Assembly (NCBI GenBank): GCA_016795245.1
Contig: JAEUIA010000097.1
Span: forward strand, 20,267-84,266
Source: Planctomycetota bacterium
Lineage (GTDB): Bacteria; Planctomycetota; UBA1135; GCA-002686595
Direction of reading: 5' to 3'
Length of the DNA stretch: 64,000 nucleotides
Shown: in pieces, positions 35,770-44,339 of the stretch
Numbering within the stretch: position 1 is the stretch's first letter
Layout: each line of letters begins with the position of its first letter
The notes under the pieces: generated by a model
What the model saw: only the letters and a program-made list of their open reading frames with translations
Told to the model about the DNA's origin: nothing
Database searches by the model: none
Program-made: the position numbers and the translations under genes

Positions 35770-36866
35770 TGACCACCGTGCACGATGCTGGCCGTGTGAA
35801 GCCGGGGGCGGTTCCTGTTTCCGTGGTCGTGTGCAACTACAACGGGGCACGTTATCTGGCGGAGTGCCTGCAATCCGTGCGCGCGCTCGAAGGCTTCGTC
35901 GACGAGGTCATCGTCGTCGACAACGCTTCGACGGACGACAGCCGCGCGATCGCCGAACGCGAGGGCGCGCGCGTCCTGGCCATGGATCGCAACGACGGTC
36001 CGTGCCCCGCGCGCAACGCGGGCATGCGGGCGGCGCGCAATCGCTGGGTCCTGGCGCTCGACAACGACGCCGTGTGCACGCCTGACATGCTCACGCGCCT
36101 GTGCGCCGCCGTCGCGAGCGACGCCAACATCGTCATCGCGCAGCCGCGCAGCGTGTTCGAATCCGGGCGCGATCGCGTGCACTACGACGGCGGCTCCTTG
36201 CACTACGCCGGGCTGATCGGTTTGCGCAATTTCTACGTCCCGCTCGCCGAGGCGCGCGGCACGGGCGTCGTCAGCGTCGACTGTGCCGTCGCCGTGGCGC
36301 TGCTCGTCGATCGCGACGCGCTCTTGGAAGCAGGCGGCTACGACGAGACGATGTTCATCCTGTTCGAAGACCTGGACCTGTCTTTCCGCCTGCGCGCGTC
36401 CGGTCGGCGCATCGTGTCGGTCGAAGAGGCCATCGTGCTGCACAAAGGCGGCACGCCCGGCATCAGCTTTCGCGAAGGACCGGCCTACCCCGGTTCGCGC
36501 GTGTTCTTCCATTCGCGCAACCGCTGGACGTACATGGCGAAGTGCTTCCGTTGGCGCACGCTCGTCGTCGCGTCCCCGGGCCTCGCGCTGTACGAGCTGG
36601 CGTGGTTTGTGTTCGCTTGTCTAGCCGGAGCACCGCATCAGTGGCTGCGCGGCAAGTGGCACTTCGTCCGCCTGGGCGGTCACGTGCGCCGCGAACGCAA
36701 GCGCTTTCAGTCGCGCCGCACGGTCTCCGACCGCGAACTGCTCGTCGGCGGTCCGCTCACGATCACGCCGAGTCTCAAGAGCGGGGGCTTGAAGCGCACC
36801 TTCTTGCGCGCGCTCGACGGCGCGCTCTCTCTGTGGTGGGGAATCGTGCGCGGTCTCGCGGCCTGA
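35769..36866 (+). CDS. Glycosyltransferase family 2
   Basis: The GTG at 35769 overlaps the upstream TAG (TAGTG). Motifs are VSVVVCNYNGARYLAECLQSV...VIVVDNASTDDS...ALDNDAV...FEDLDLSFRLRASG. Confidence 0.8.
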   Translation: MTTVHDAGRVKPGAVPVSVVVCNYNGARYLAECLQSVRALEGFVDEVIVVDNASTDDSRAIAEREGARVLAMDRNDGPCPARNAGMRAARNRWVLALDNDAVCTPDMLTRLCAAVASDANIVIAQPRSVFESGRDRVHYDGGSLHYAGLIGLRNFYVPLAEARGTGVVSVDCAVAVALLVDRDALLEAGGYDETMFILFEDLDLSFRLRASGRRIVSVEEAIVLHKGGTPGISFREGPAYPGSRVFFHSRNRWTYMAKCFRWRTLVVASPGLALYELAWFVFACLAGAPHQWLRGKWHFVRLGGHVRRERKRFQSRRTVSDRELLVGGPLTITPSLKSGGLKRTFLRALDGALSLWWGIVRGLAA

Positions 36867-36875
36867 CCGGTTCGC

Positions 36876-37301
36876 TCACAGTTCGTCGGACCAGGCCTTC
36901 AGGAGCGCTACGTCCGCGGGCGAGAGTTTGGCCTCGGAGTGCAGCAGCACGTAGGCCTTGAGCGGCATCTCGCCGCTCTCGACTTCCTCGTACATCTCGA
37001 TCGCCTTCGAATCGCGCTTGGCCTTGGGCATGTCGCCCCAGATCGAGAGATTCAGGTGCTTGCGACCGTCTTCGACATCGTGGGCGACGAGCCACGACAC
37101 CGGCGCGATGTAGGAATACCAGGGCCAGTGCGTTTCGTTCGAATGGCAGTCGAAACATGCGCGCTTCAGGATGGCCTGGACCTCGGGCGGCGCCGCGATC
37201 GTCTGGCCCGGCGGAGGGTTGGTGCGGTCGACGGGGACGAATTGGATCGCGACGAGGACGACGGCGAGGACGATCGCCGTCCACTTGAGCACGCGTTTCA
37301 T
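36876..37301 (-). CDS. Haem-binding-domain protein (CxxCH, membrane-anchored)
   Basis: The ATG at 37301 gives MKRVLKWTAIVLAVVLVAIQFVPVDR, followed by ILKRACFDCHSNETHWPWYSYIAPVSWLVAHDVEDGRKHLNLSIW. This matches the 'haem-binding domain' family pattern as I recall it. Confidence 0.7.
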   Translation of the reverse strand: MKRVLKWTAIVLAVVLVAIQFVPVDRTNPPPGQTIAAPPEVQAILKRACFDCHSNETHWPWYSYIAPVSWLVAHDVEDGRKHLNLSIWGDMPKAKRDSKAIEMYEEVESGEMPLKAYVLLHSEAKLSPADVALLKAWSDEL

Positions 37302-37450
37302 GGTGGCGTGAGGGTACGGCAGAAGCGCCGGACTTTCAGCCGGCGTGCGCGAAATCAGCGGCAGCAGCTTGAGCTCTGCATTGCTTGGGGATTCGACGCT
37401 CGGCAAACTCGTCCGCTCTGCAATACTGGCTGCGGCAAACTTGCCGGCGC

Positions 37451-38857
37451 GTGAAGATCCTCATCCTGACACACGGCTTTCCGCCGCATCACACGGCCGG
37501 AACCGAGAGTTACGCCGCGGACCTGGGCGTCGCCCTCGCCGAGCGCGGGCACGAGGTGCGTGTCTTCACGGCGCACAAGGACATCAGCGTGCCCAACTAC
37601 CGCGTGACGCGGCGCGAGTGGCGCGGGCTCGTCGTGCACGAGATCCACAACAACCTGTTCCACCGTGAGTTCGAAGAGACCTACGCGAACACGCATGTGG
37701 AAGCGGCCTTCGAGGATGTGCTCGCCGAGTTCGAACCCGACGTGTTGCACGTGCAGCATCTGCTCTACTTGTCAGGCGGATGCATCGCCGCTGCCCGCGC
37801 GCGCGGCGCGGTCGTCGTCTTCACGTTGCACGATTTCTGGCTGGAGTGCCCGCGCTTCGGTCAGCGTGTGCACGCGGATGGCGGACTGTGCGACACGATC
37901 GATTTCAGGCGTTGCGGCACGTGCCTCCCGAGCTTCAAGTTCGGAAACACCGGACTCGTGCGCACGGTCGGCGGCATGATCGCCGGCATCAAGAGCGGCA
38001 CCGGCATCGACCTCGGGCCGATGGCGCGCTCGGCCGCGAAGAACTGGCGCGGACAGGCGACGGGTGATTCGGCCGACGCCGTGGACGACGAGACCGCACA
38101 GCGTTTCGAAGCGCTCGCCCGCGAGCGCACGCAACACCTCCAGCGTGCAGTCGTGCCCGAGGTGGACCTGTTCCTCTCGCCCAGCCGCTTCCTGCGTGAT
38201 CGATTCGTGCGCGAGTGGAACATTCCGCCCGCGCGCATCGAATACCTGCGATTCGGCATGGACGTACAAGCGCCGCCAAGGCGCGAGCGCGCGCTCGGCG
38301 GGCCGTTGCGCGTCGCGTTCCTGGGATCACTCGTGCCGCTCAAAGGGGCGCACATCTTGATCGAGGCGTGGAGCGGGCTGGCGGCGAGCGTGCGCGCGCG
38401 CGGTGAATTGAAGCTCTACGGTCCGGCGCGCCACCACCCCGAGTACCAGGACGCACTCGCGCGCGCGGCCGAAGCGTGCGGAGCGATCCTCGCCGGAAAG
38501 ATCGAGCGCGACGAAGTACTGTCCACGCTGGCGGAGACCGATCTGCTGGTCGTGCCTTCGCTGTGGTTCGAAAACGCGCCGCTCGTGATCCTCGAAGCGC
38601 TCGCGGCGCGCACGCCGCTCCTGGTTTCGAATCTGGGCGGGATGGCGGAACTGGTCGAGAGCGGCGTGAGCGGTTTCCATTTCGAGATGGGCAACGCGCA
38701 AGCACTGGCAACAACGTTGCAAGCAGCCCTCGAGGGCCGCCTGGGGCTGGAGCGACTGTACGCGCACCCGCCGGAGATCCCGACCTTCAGAGCACACGTC
38801 GACGTGATCGAAGCGCACTACGCCACTGCGCGCGCGCGCGGCAGGATGGGCGCATGA
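37451..38857 (+). CDS. Glycosyltransferase, GT4-like (GT-B fold)
   Basis: The GTG at 37451 gives VKILILTHGFPPHHTAGTESYAADLG. The C-terminal half (VVPSLWFENAPLVILEALAARTPLLVSNLGGMAELVESGVSGFHF) carries an E-x7-E-like region. Confidence 0.8.
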   Translation: MKILILTHGFPPHHTAGTESYAADLGVALAERGHEVRVFTAHKDISVPNYRVTRREWRGLVVHEIHNNLFHREFEETYANTHVEAAFEDVLAEFEPDVLHVQHLLYLSGGCIAAARARGAVVVFTLHDFWLECPRFGQRVHADGGLCDTIDFRRCGTCLPSFKFGNTGLVRTVGGMIAGIKSGTGIDLGPMARSAAKNWRGQATGDSADAVDDETAQRFEALARERTQHLQRAVVPEVDLFLSPSRFLRDRFVREWNIPPARIEYLRFGMDVQAPPRRERALGGPLRVAFLGSLVPLKGAHILIEAWSGLAASVRARGELKLYGPARHHPEYQDALARAAEACGAILAGKIERDEVLSTLAETDLLVVPSLWFENAPLVILEALAARTPLLVSNLGGMAELVESGVSGFHFEMGNAQALATTLQAALEGRLGLERLYAHPPEIPTFRAHVDVIEAHYATARARGRMGA

Positions 38858-39717
38858 GGATCCTCTTCGCGGTGCACGGCTATCCCGCCGACATCGAGGA
38901 CGAGGCGGCACTGCTCGTGCAGATTTCAGCGCGTGCGCTCGCCGGAGCCGGCGCAGTCGTATGCGTCGCCGCCGGAACGAACGCCAACGACGGCGGCGAG
39001 GCGCGCAGCGCCGACCTCGTCCCGGCGAGCGACGCGCGCATCGAGGTCGTGCGCCTGTCGCGCTCCGATCTGCACCCCGAGCACTGGCAGAAGAGCCAGT
39101 CGGCTTCGATCCCCGAGCGCTTTCGGCGCCTCATCCGCGAATTCGAACCCGACGTCGTGCACGTCCACCATTGGCGGCGGCTCTCGCGCGACCTCGTCGC
39201 GTGCGCGGCGGCCGAACGCGTGCCCGCCGTCGTGAGCTTGCACGACCTGTGGAGTTCGTGCCTGCTCGCGACGCGCAAGAGACCGGCCGATGGATCCAAT
39301 TGCGACGCCACCTTCGCGCCGATGCCGTGTCTCGCCTGCGCGGGGTCGGTCCCGCCGCGGACGCCGTTCATGCCCATCGATCAACTGTTTCTCTCCTTCG
39401 GTTCCCACCGCGCCGACCTCGAGCGCGAACTGAAGCTCGCGCGTGCGTTGCTGGCTTCGAGCGCGGAACAGGCCGAGCGCGCGGCGCATTTTCTCGCCGA
39501 TGAAATGCCCGCCGTCCGTGCGGTCGCTCACGACAACCCGGCCGCTTTGCTCGCGACCTATGAGCGCGCGATCACAGCCGGTCCGCCCGCGGCGCCCCCC
39601 GACGTCGACGCCTGGTACGCGCCGCGCATGCGGGCCTTCGCCGAGGAGACCTGGGATCGTGGACTGACGGACACTCCGCGCAGCGAACTCGGTTACGAAA
39701 CTCCGTCACGCGAATAG
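38854..39717 (+). CDS. GT4 N-terminal-domain-only paralogue (lacks the nucleotide-sugar-binding half)
   Basis: The ATG at 38854 overlaps the upstream TGA (ATGA). MRILFAVHGYPAD...FEPDVVHVHHW...VVSLHDLWSSC... parallels the N-terminal half of the preceding GT4 (FEPDVLHVQHL...VFTLHDFWLEC). No E-x7-E region is seen. Confidence 0.6.
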   Translation: MRILFAVHGYPADIEDEAALLVQISARALAGAGAVVCVAAGTNANDGGEARSADLVPASDARIEVVRLSRSDLHPEHWQKSQSASIPERFRRLIREFEPDVVHVHHWRRLSRDLVACAAAERVPAVVSLHDLWSSCLLATRKRPADGSNCDATFAPMPCLACAGSVPPRTPFMPIDQLFLSFGSHRADLERELKLARALLASSAEQAERAAHFLADEMPAVRAVAHDNPAALLATYERAITAGPPAAPPDVDAWYAPRMRAFAEETWDRGLTDTPRSELGYETPSRE

Positions 39718-39725
39718 GCATCGCC

Positions 39726-40622
39726 ATGCGAATCCTCCTGTGTTGCACGGCGGCTCTGTTCGCCGCTTGCGCCTCCTCGAATGGAAATTCACGCGCTCCC
39801 TCCGATGCGATCGTGCGCGCGCGCGACCTGCCCGAGCGTCACCGCGCCGTGCTCGAAGCGTGGCAAAAGGGCGAGCGTGCGTGGGAGGTCGAACGCGACG
39901 CGGTGCGCGCGGACCCCGAGCTCGCGCGCTTCGTGGTCGACAACCTGTTGATCGAGATGGTGCAAGCCTTCGATCGTTCGCGTATCTCGAAACCGGGCGA
40001 AAAGGCCGGCCCTTTCGAGCGCGCCCAGCGCGAACTGGTGCTGCTCGCGGAACACTCGACTCCGCTCTTGGCGCAATCTTTGGCCTTGAAAGACGGCGTC
40101 ATCGGATTCCTCGCGGCCGACACGCTGACGAAGATCGGTGCGCGCGCCGTGCCCGATGTCGCCGCGTTGCTCGCGGACAAACACACCGAGGCGCGCCGGC
40201 GCGCTGCAGAGTTGCTCGGGCGATTGCCCAGCGCCCCGGAGGGCGAGCCGAGCGTGCTCGAGGCGCTCGCGGCGCGGCTGGAAAAAGACGAGGCGTGGAT
40301 CGTGCGCGCTCAAGCCGCCCTGGCCTTGGGTGCGCGCGGCGCGCGGCAGGATCACAAGGGCTTTGCGCTGGCGCGTTTGTCGACTGCGCTAGCCGACGAG
40401 GACGCGACCGTGGCGGAGTCGGCGGCGAAGGCGCTCGGGGAATTGGGCGAAGTGCGCGCCGTGCCGCGCCTGATCGACGGCTTGAGTGCCGCCGTGACTG
40501 CGGGCCGACCCGGCGTCGTCGACGCGCTCAACAAGTCGCTGATGCGGCTCTCGGGCAGCGCCACGAAGAAGGACGTGGCGCAGTGGCGGGCGTGGTGGAA
40601 GGCTCACGACGCGCGGCAGTAG
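39726..40622 (+). CDS. HEAT-repeat lipoprotein
   Basis: MRILLCCTAALFAAC carries a lipobox. HEAT/PBS-lyase-like repeats follow (RRRAAELLGRL..., IVRAQAALALGARG..., ESAAKALGELGEVRAVPRLI). Confidence 0.7.
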   Translation: MRILLCCTAALFAACASSNGNSRAPSDAIVRARDLPERHRAVLEAWQKGERAWEVERDAVRADPELARFVVDNLLIEMVQAFDRSRISKPGEKAGPFERAQRELVLLAEHSTPLLAQSLALKDGVIGFLAADTLTKIGARAVPDVAALLADKHTEARRRAAELLGRLPSAPEGEPSVLEALAARLEKDEAWIVRAQAALALGARGARQDHKGFALARLSTALADEDATVAESAAKALGELGEVRAVPRLIDGLSAAVTAGRPGVVDALNKSLMRLSGSATKKDVAQWRAWWKAHDARQ

Positions 40623-40651
40623 TGCACGCGTGTAGCGCGCGCAGACAAGAG

Positions 40652-40690
40652 TCGAGGCCACGCCCGGGGCGAACCCGAACCTGGCCTCGA
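40652..40690. terminator. Hairpin between convergent genes (weak terminator candidate)
   Basis: TCGAGGCCA-21 nt-TGGCCTCGA forms a 9-bp stem between the HEAT lipoprotein stop and the CHRD-1 stop. No clear U-tract follows. Confidence 0.3.
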
Positions 40691-40742
40691 TACATTCAAC
40701 TGCGGCAACGACCGTCAACAGGCGGTTACAGACCCAGTCTTG

Positions 40743-41663
40743 TCAGGGACCCCACTGAACCATGACACCGTTCGTGGTGTTGAAGTTCTGAAGAATCGCC
40801 GTGCAGAACGCCGGGAACGTGCGGTACCAGCCCTGGTAGTAGTACGAGCCGGGCGTGACTCCGCCGCTGACGCTGATCGGGAGATCACCCGGCTCGGGCA
40901 GGCCGGCCTGACCGTTGCACGTGGCCTTGATCGCGAGACGCGTGATCGTGCCCGTGACGCACAAAAGTCCGTTGCCGAATTGGATGCCGGCACCGCCCGC
41001 CATCGGAGCCGTGCCTTGGAAGAACAACACGAACGTGCTCGCCGGCAGCCGCAGCGCGTGCAACACGAACCTGTCGTTGGAGATGCTCAGCGGCAGTCCG
41101 GGGATGCCATAGCCCACCAGGCGCCCGCCGATTCCCGGCGCGTGCAAGCAACCCTCGTTGTCACCCGCAGCACTGTTGTTCACGCACGGGCAAGCCGTGC
41201 CACTGCCGTCGCCGTAGCAGAACGTGGGTTGATTGGGGAACGTGTCGATCTGTCCGCGGATCTCTCCGCCGGGAAAGGCTGTCGAGTGGACGTTGAAGTA
41301 GCTGTTCCCCGCGAGCACCGCCGCTTGCTGCGCCAACGGGACCGCCCAGGCGCCGCACTTCAGCGCACCCAAAGCTTGCGCGTGCTGCACGCCGGAGTTC
41401 ACGCCCGGACCGGAGAACCCGTGGATGTGCGCGGCCGTCTCGCCTGCGCTCAAGTTCTGGTAGACCTCGCGGTACGTGAGCGTGCTCGTAGCGAGGTCGA
41501 ACGCGCAGAATCCGAGGCCGGTCGCCGGCGAGAGGTTCGCCGGCACCTCCTGCAGACCGTCGAGGCGCGCGAGCATGGGGATCGTTTGCGCCGAGACGAC
41601 GGGCGCGAACGGCGCTGCACAGAGCAGCAGGGCGAGAAGGGGACGCACGGATGCATGGAGCAT
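40743..41663 (-). CDS. Secreted CHRD-domain protein with a Cys-rich C-terminal module (paralogue 1)
   Basis: The ATG at 41663 gives the signal peptide MLHASVRPLLALLLCAAPFAPVVSAQ. CHRD hallmarks are LQEVP, AAHIHGFSGPGVNSGV and YFNVHSTAFPGGEIRGQI. The C-terminal module runs FCYGDGSGTACPCVNNSAAGDNEGC...YYQGWYRTFPAFC...NTTNGVMVQWGP. Confidence 0.85.
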   Translation of the reverse strand: MLHASVRPLLALLLCAAPFAPVVSAQTIPMLARLDGLQEVPANLSPATGLGFCAFDLATSTLTYREVYQNLSAGETAAHIHGFSGPGVNSGVQHAQALGALKCGAWAVPLAQQAAVLAGNSYFNVHSTAFPGGEIRGQIDTFPNQPTFCYGDGSGTACPCVNNSAAGDNEGCLHAPGIGGRLVGYGIPGLPLSISNDRFVLHALRLPASTFVLFFQGTAPMAGGAGIQFGNGLLCVTGTITRLAIKATCNGQAGLPEPGDLPISVSGGVTPGSYYYQGWYRTFPAFCTAILQNFNTTNGVMVQWGP

Positions 41664-41883
41664 GGGAGAAACTCGCGAGAGCAGGTGGCAGAGAGCGCGA
41701 CGAAATGTCGACTCACAGTGCGACTCGCGCGTGCATGGTAGATCTGCGCACGAAAAGCGGGGAGTGGGGCGGTTGGAATGCGGCGAGGCCGGCATACGTC
41801 ATGGGGACGTGGGCCGACCTCGCGGGGCGGGGGGGGGCGAAGGGCTGGGGGTCCCCGTGCGTCAGGGTTGTGGGGTGTTCCCC

Positions 41884-41981
41884 TCTACTACTGGATCCGG
41901 CAAATTTGCCGGATCTCTACTACTGGATCCGGCAAATTTGCCGGATCGTGGATCCGACAAATTGCCGGATTGGATTGCCGG
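41884..41981. repeat. Two perfect 32-bp tandem units plus a degenerate third, each containing a 22-bp palindrome
   Basis: 41884-41915 and 41916-41947 are identical: tctactactggatccggcaaatttgccggatc. The palindrome is GATCCGGCAAATTTGCCGGATC. The degenerate unit is gtggatccgacaaattgccggat, followed by tggattgccgg. The block ends 2 nt before the stop codon of CHRD paralogue 2. Confidence 0.9.
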
Positions 41982-41982
41982 G

Positions 41983-42909
41983 TCAGGGCACCCAGGTCAC
42001 AGCCACACCGTTGGTGAGATTGTCGAACGCCACCGCACCCGAGCAGAACGGCGGATTCACGCGGAACCAGGCCTGGTAGTAGTACGTGCCCGGCGCAACT
42101 GCGCCCGCGAAGCTGATCGTGGCATCGCCCGGTTCGGGCAGTCCGGCTTGGCCATTGCACGTCGCCTTGACGTTCAAGCGCGAGAGCGCACCGCTCACGC
42201 ACAAGAGTCCTCCGCCGAACGGAATTCCGTTGCCTCCGGCCATCGGCGCTGTGCCCTGGAAGAACAGGACGAAGGTGCTCGCCGGCAAGCGCAACGCGTG
42301 CAACACGAGATTGTCGTTGGCGATGCTCGGATTCGGCGCCGACGGCGGACCCGCGTAGCCGACCAGGCGACCGCCCATTCCCGGAGCATGGAGGCAACCC
42401 TCCATATCGCCGACTGCGCTGAAATTCGCGCACGGGCACGCGGCTGCGCTGCCGTCGCCGTAGCAGAAAGTCACTTGATCCGGCGCGAGGTTGATCTGTC
42501 CGCGGATCTCACCGCCGGGGAACGCGGTGCTGTGAACGTTGAAGTACGAGTTGCCCGGCAAAACCTGCAACGTTTGCGCGGCCGTCATGCCCCACACGCC
42601 GCACTTGAGCGTGCCCAAGGCCTGGGCGTGCAAAACGCCTGCGTTGAAACCCGGCGTCGCGAATCCGTGGATGTGCGCCGCGGTCTCGGCTGAACTCAGG
42701 TTCTGGTAGACCTCGCGATACGTGAGCGTGTTCGCGGCGACATCGATCGCGACGAAACCGAGGCCCGTCGCGGGCGTTGTGGTCGACGGAACTTCCTGCG
42801 CGCCATTCAAGCGCGCGAGCCGCGGAACCGTCTGCGCAGACGTGGTCTGCGTGAGCGACGCGGCACAGACGAGGAGCGTGAGAACGGAACGGACGGATGC
42901 ATGGACCAT
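41983..42909 (-). CDS. Secreted CHRD-domain protein with a Cys-rich C-terminal module (paralogue 2)
   Basis: The ATG at 42909 gives MVHASVRSVLTLLVCAASLTQTTSAQ. Motifs are AAHIHGFATPGFNAGV, YFNVHSTAFPGGEIRGQI and FCYGDGSAAACPCANFSAVGDMEGC...YYQAWFRVNPPFC...NLTNGVAVTWVP. Confidence 0.85.
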   Translation of the reverse strand: MVHASVRSVLTLLVCAASLTQTTSAQTVPRLARLNGAQEVPSTTTPATGLGFVAIDVAANTLTYREVYQNLSSAETAAHIHGFATPGFNAGVLHAQALGTLKCGVWGMTAAQTLQVLPGNSYFNVHSTAFPGGEIRGQINLAPDQVTFCYGDGSAAACPCANFSAVGDMEGCLHAPGMGGRLVGYAGPPSAPNPSIANDNLVLHALRLPASTFVLFFQGTAPMAGGNGIPFGGGLLCVSGALSRLNVKATCNGQAGLPEPGDATISFAGAVAPGTYYYQAWFRVNPPFCSGAVAFDNLTNGVAVTWVP

Positions 42910-43168
42910 GGGGGAAGGCCTCGCGGGCGCGGATTTCTGGAGTGCGACGATGTGTCGTCTCACAGCGCGACTACAGGCACATGGTAGTGCGAGGTGGTCT
43001 TCTTGGGGATGGAGGGTGGAAATGCAGCAAGGCCGACCGCGTCACGGGGAGGGACGGGCCGGCCTTGCGGGGGAGCGCCAGTTGGAGCAGCTGAGTCCGG
43101 AGGTCGTCCTTGCAAAGCTCGAGTCGGCCAGTCTGCCGCCTCGGCCTGGATCCCTCCACGCGGCCTGC

Positions 43169-44092
43169 TCAGGGCGCCCAGGTCACGCGCACCCCGTTGG
43201 TCAGGTTGTAGTTCGCGGGGACCGACGAGCAGAAGCCCGGAAAGGTGCGGAACCAGCCCTGGTACAGGAAAGTGCCCGGCGTCACCGCGCCGCTCACGCT
43301 GATCGGGAGATCGCCCGGCTCGGGGAGACCGGCCTGTCCGTTGCACGTCGCCTTGACGTTGAGGCGCGCGAGGTTGCCGGAGAGACACAAGAGGCCGTGG
43401 CCGAACTGCAGACCTGCACCTCCAGCCATCGGCACCGTGCCTTGGAAGAACAGCACGAACGTGTTCGACGGCAGACGCAGCGCGTGCAAGACGAGTCGGT
43501 CGTTGGAGATGCTCGGATTCGGCGCCGGACCGGCGTAGCCGACCAATCGACCTCCCACGCCAGGTGCGTGCAGGCAACCTTCGTTGTCACCGACCGCGCT
43601 GTTGTTGCCGCACGGGCAGGGCGTGCCGGTGCCGTCGCCGAAGCAGAACTCGGTTTGATCGGGTGCGAGGTCGATCTGTCCGCGGATCTCGCCGCCCGGG
43701 TTGCCTACTGTGTGGATGTTGAAGTAGGCCAGGCCGCCCATGACGTTGGCCAGTTGTACAGGCGTCAACGCCCACACACCGCACTTCGGTTGCCCGAGTG
43801 CTTGGGCGAGTTGGACTCCGGCGTTGACGCCGGCCGGGGCGAAGCCGTGGATGTGCGCCGCCGTCTCAGCCGAGCCCAAGGCCTGGAACACTTCGCGGTA
43901 CGCCATCGCACTCGCGAGCGTGTCGATCGCGACGAAGCCAAGCCCGTTTCCGAGCGTGACGACACCCGGGACTTCCTGCGCGCCGTCGAGTCGCGCGAGT
44001 CGCGGAAGCGTTGTCTGAGCCGGCGCGAACGTCGCGAGAGTCACGGCGCCGAGCAACGAATACAGCATGGAACGCAGCATGGAATGCATCAT
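43169..44092 (-). CDS. Secreted CHRD-domain protein with a Cys-rich C-terminal module (paralogue 3)
   Basis: The signal peptide is MMHSMLRSMLYSLLGAVTLATFAPAQ. Motifs are AAHIHGFAPAGVNAGV, YFNIHTVGNPGGEIRGQI and FCFGDGTGTPCPCGNNSAVGDNEGC...LYQGWFRTFPGFC...NLTNGVRVTWAP. Confidence 0.88.
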   Translation of the reverse strand: MMHSMLRSMLYSLLGAVTLATFAPAQTTLPRLARLDGAQEVPGVVTLGNGLGFVAIDTLASAMAYREVFQALGSAETAAHIHGFAPAGVNAGVQLAQALGQPKCGVWALTPVQLANVMGGLAYFNIHTVGNPGGEIRGQIDLAPDQTEFCFGDGTGTPCPCGNNSAVGDNEGCLHAPGVGGRLVGYAGPAPNPSISNDRLVLHALRLPSNTFVLFFQGTVPMAGGAGLQFGHGLLCLSGNLARLNVKATCNGQAGLPEPGDLPISVSGAVTPGTFLYQGWFRTFPGFCSSVPANYNLTNGVRVTWAP

Positions 44093-44339
44093 GGGAAATC
44101 TCCTCTTGCAGGGGCGCTCGCGGCAAACGCGCCGCGCTCCACCCCGCCAGCCGCTCGATGGTAGTCGAGACGCGGGCCGGCGGGGGCGAAGTTGCCAGGG
44201 GATTCAGCGACATCGCCCCCGGCGCGTGACGGGCAATCCCGCTTCCGGTCCGGATCTCGCACCACGTGTCGGTGAGGCGTCACCTGTACGAGCCTCGCCG
44301 CGTCCTCGCGTTCGACGTGCTCCCAGCGTCGCGTCGCCG

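Noticed and set aside
41884-41981. The tandem palindromic units considered as a possible CRISPR array.
   Set aside because: The units are directly adjacent with no unique spacers. There are only two to three units, and no cas genes lie in the window.
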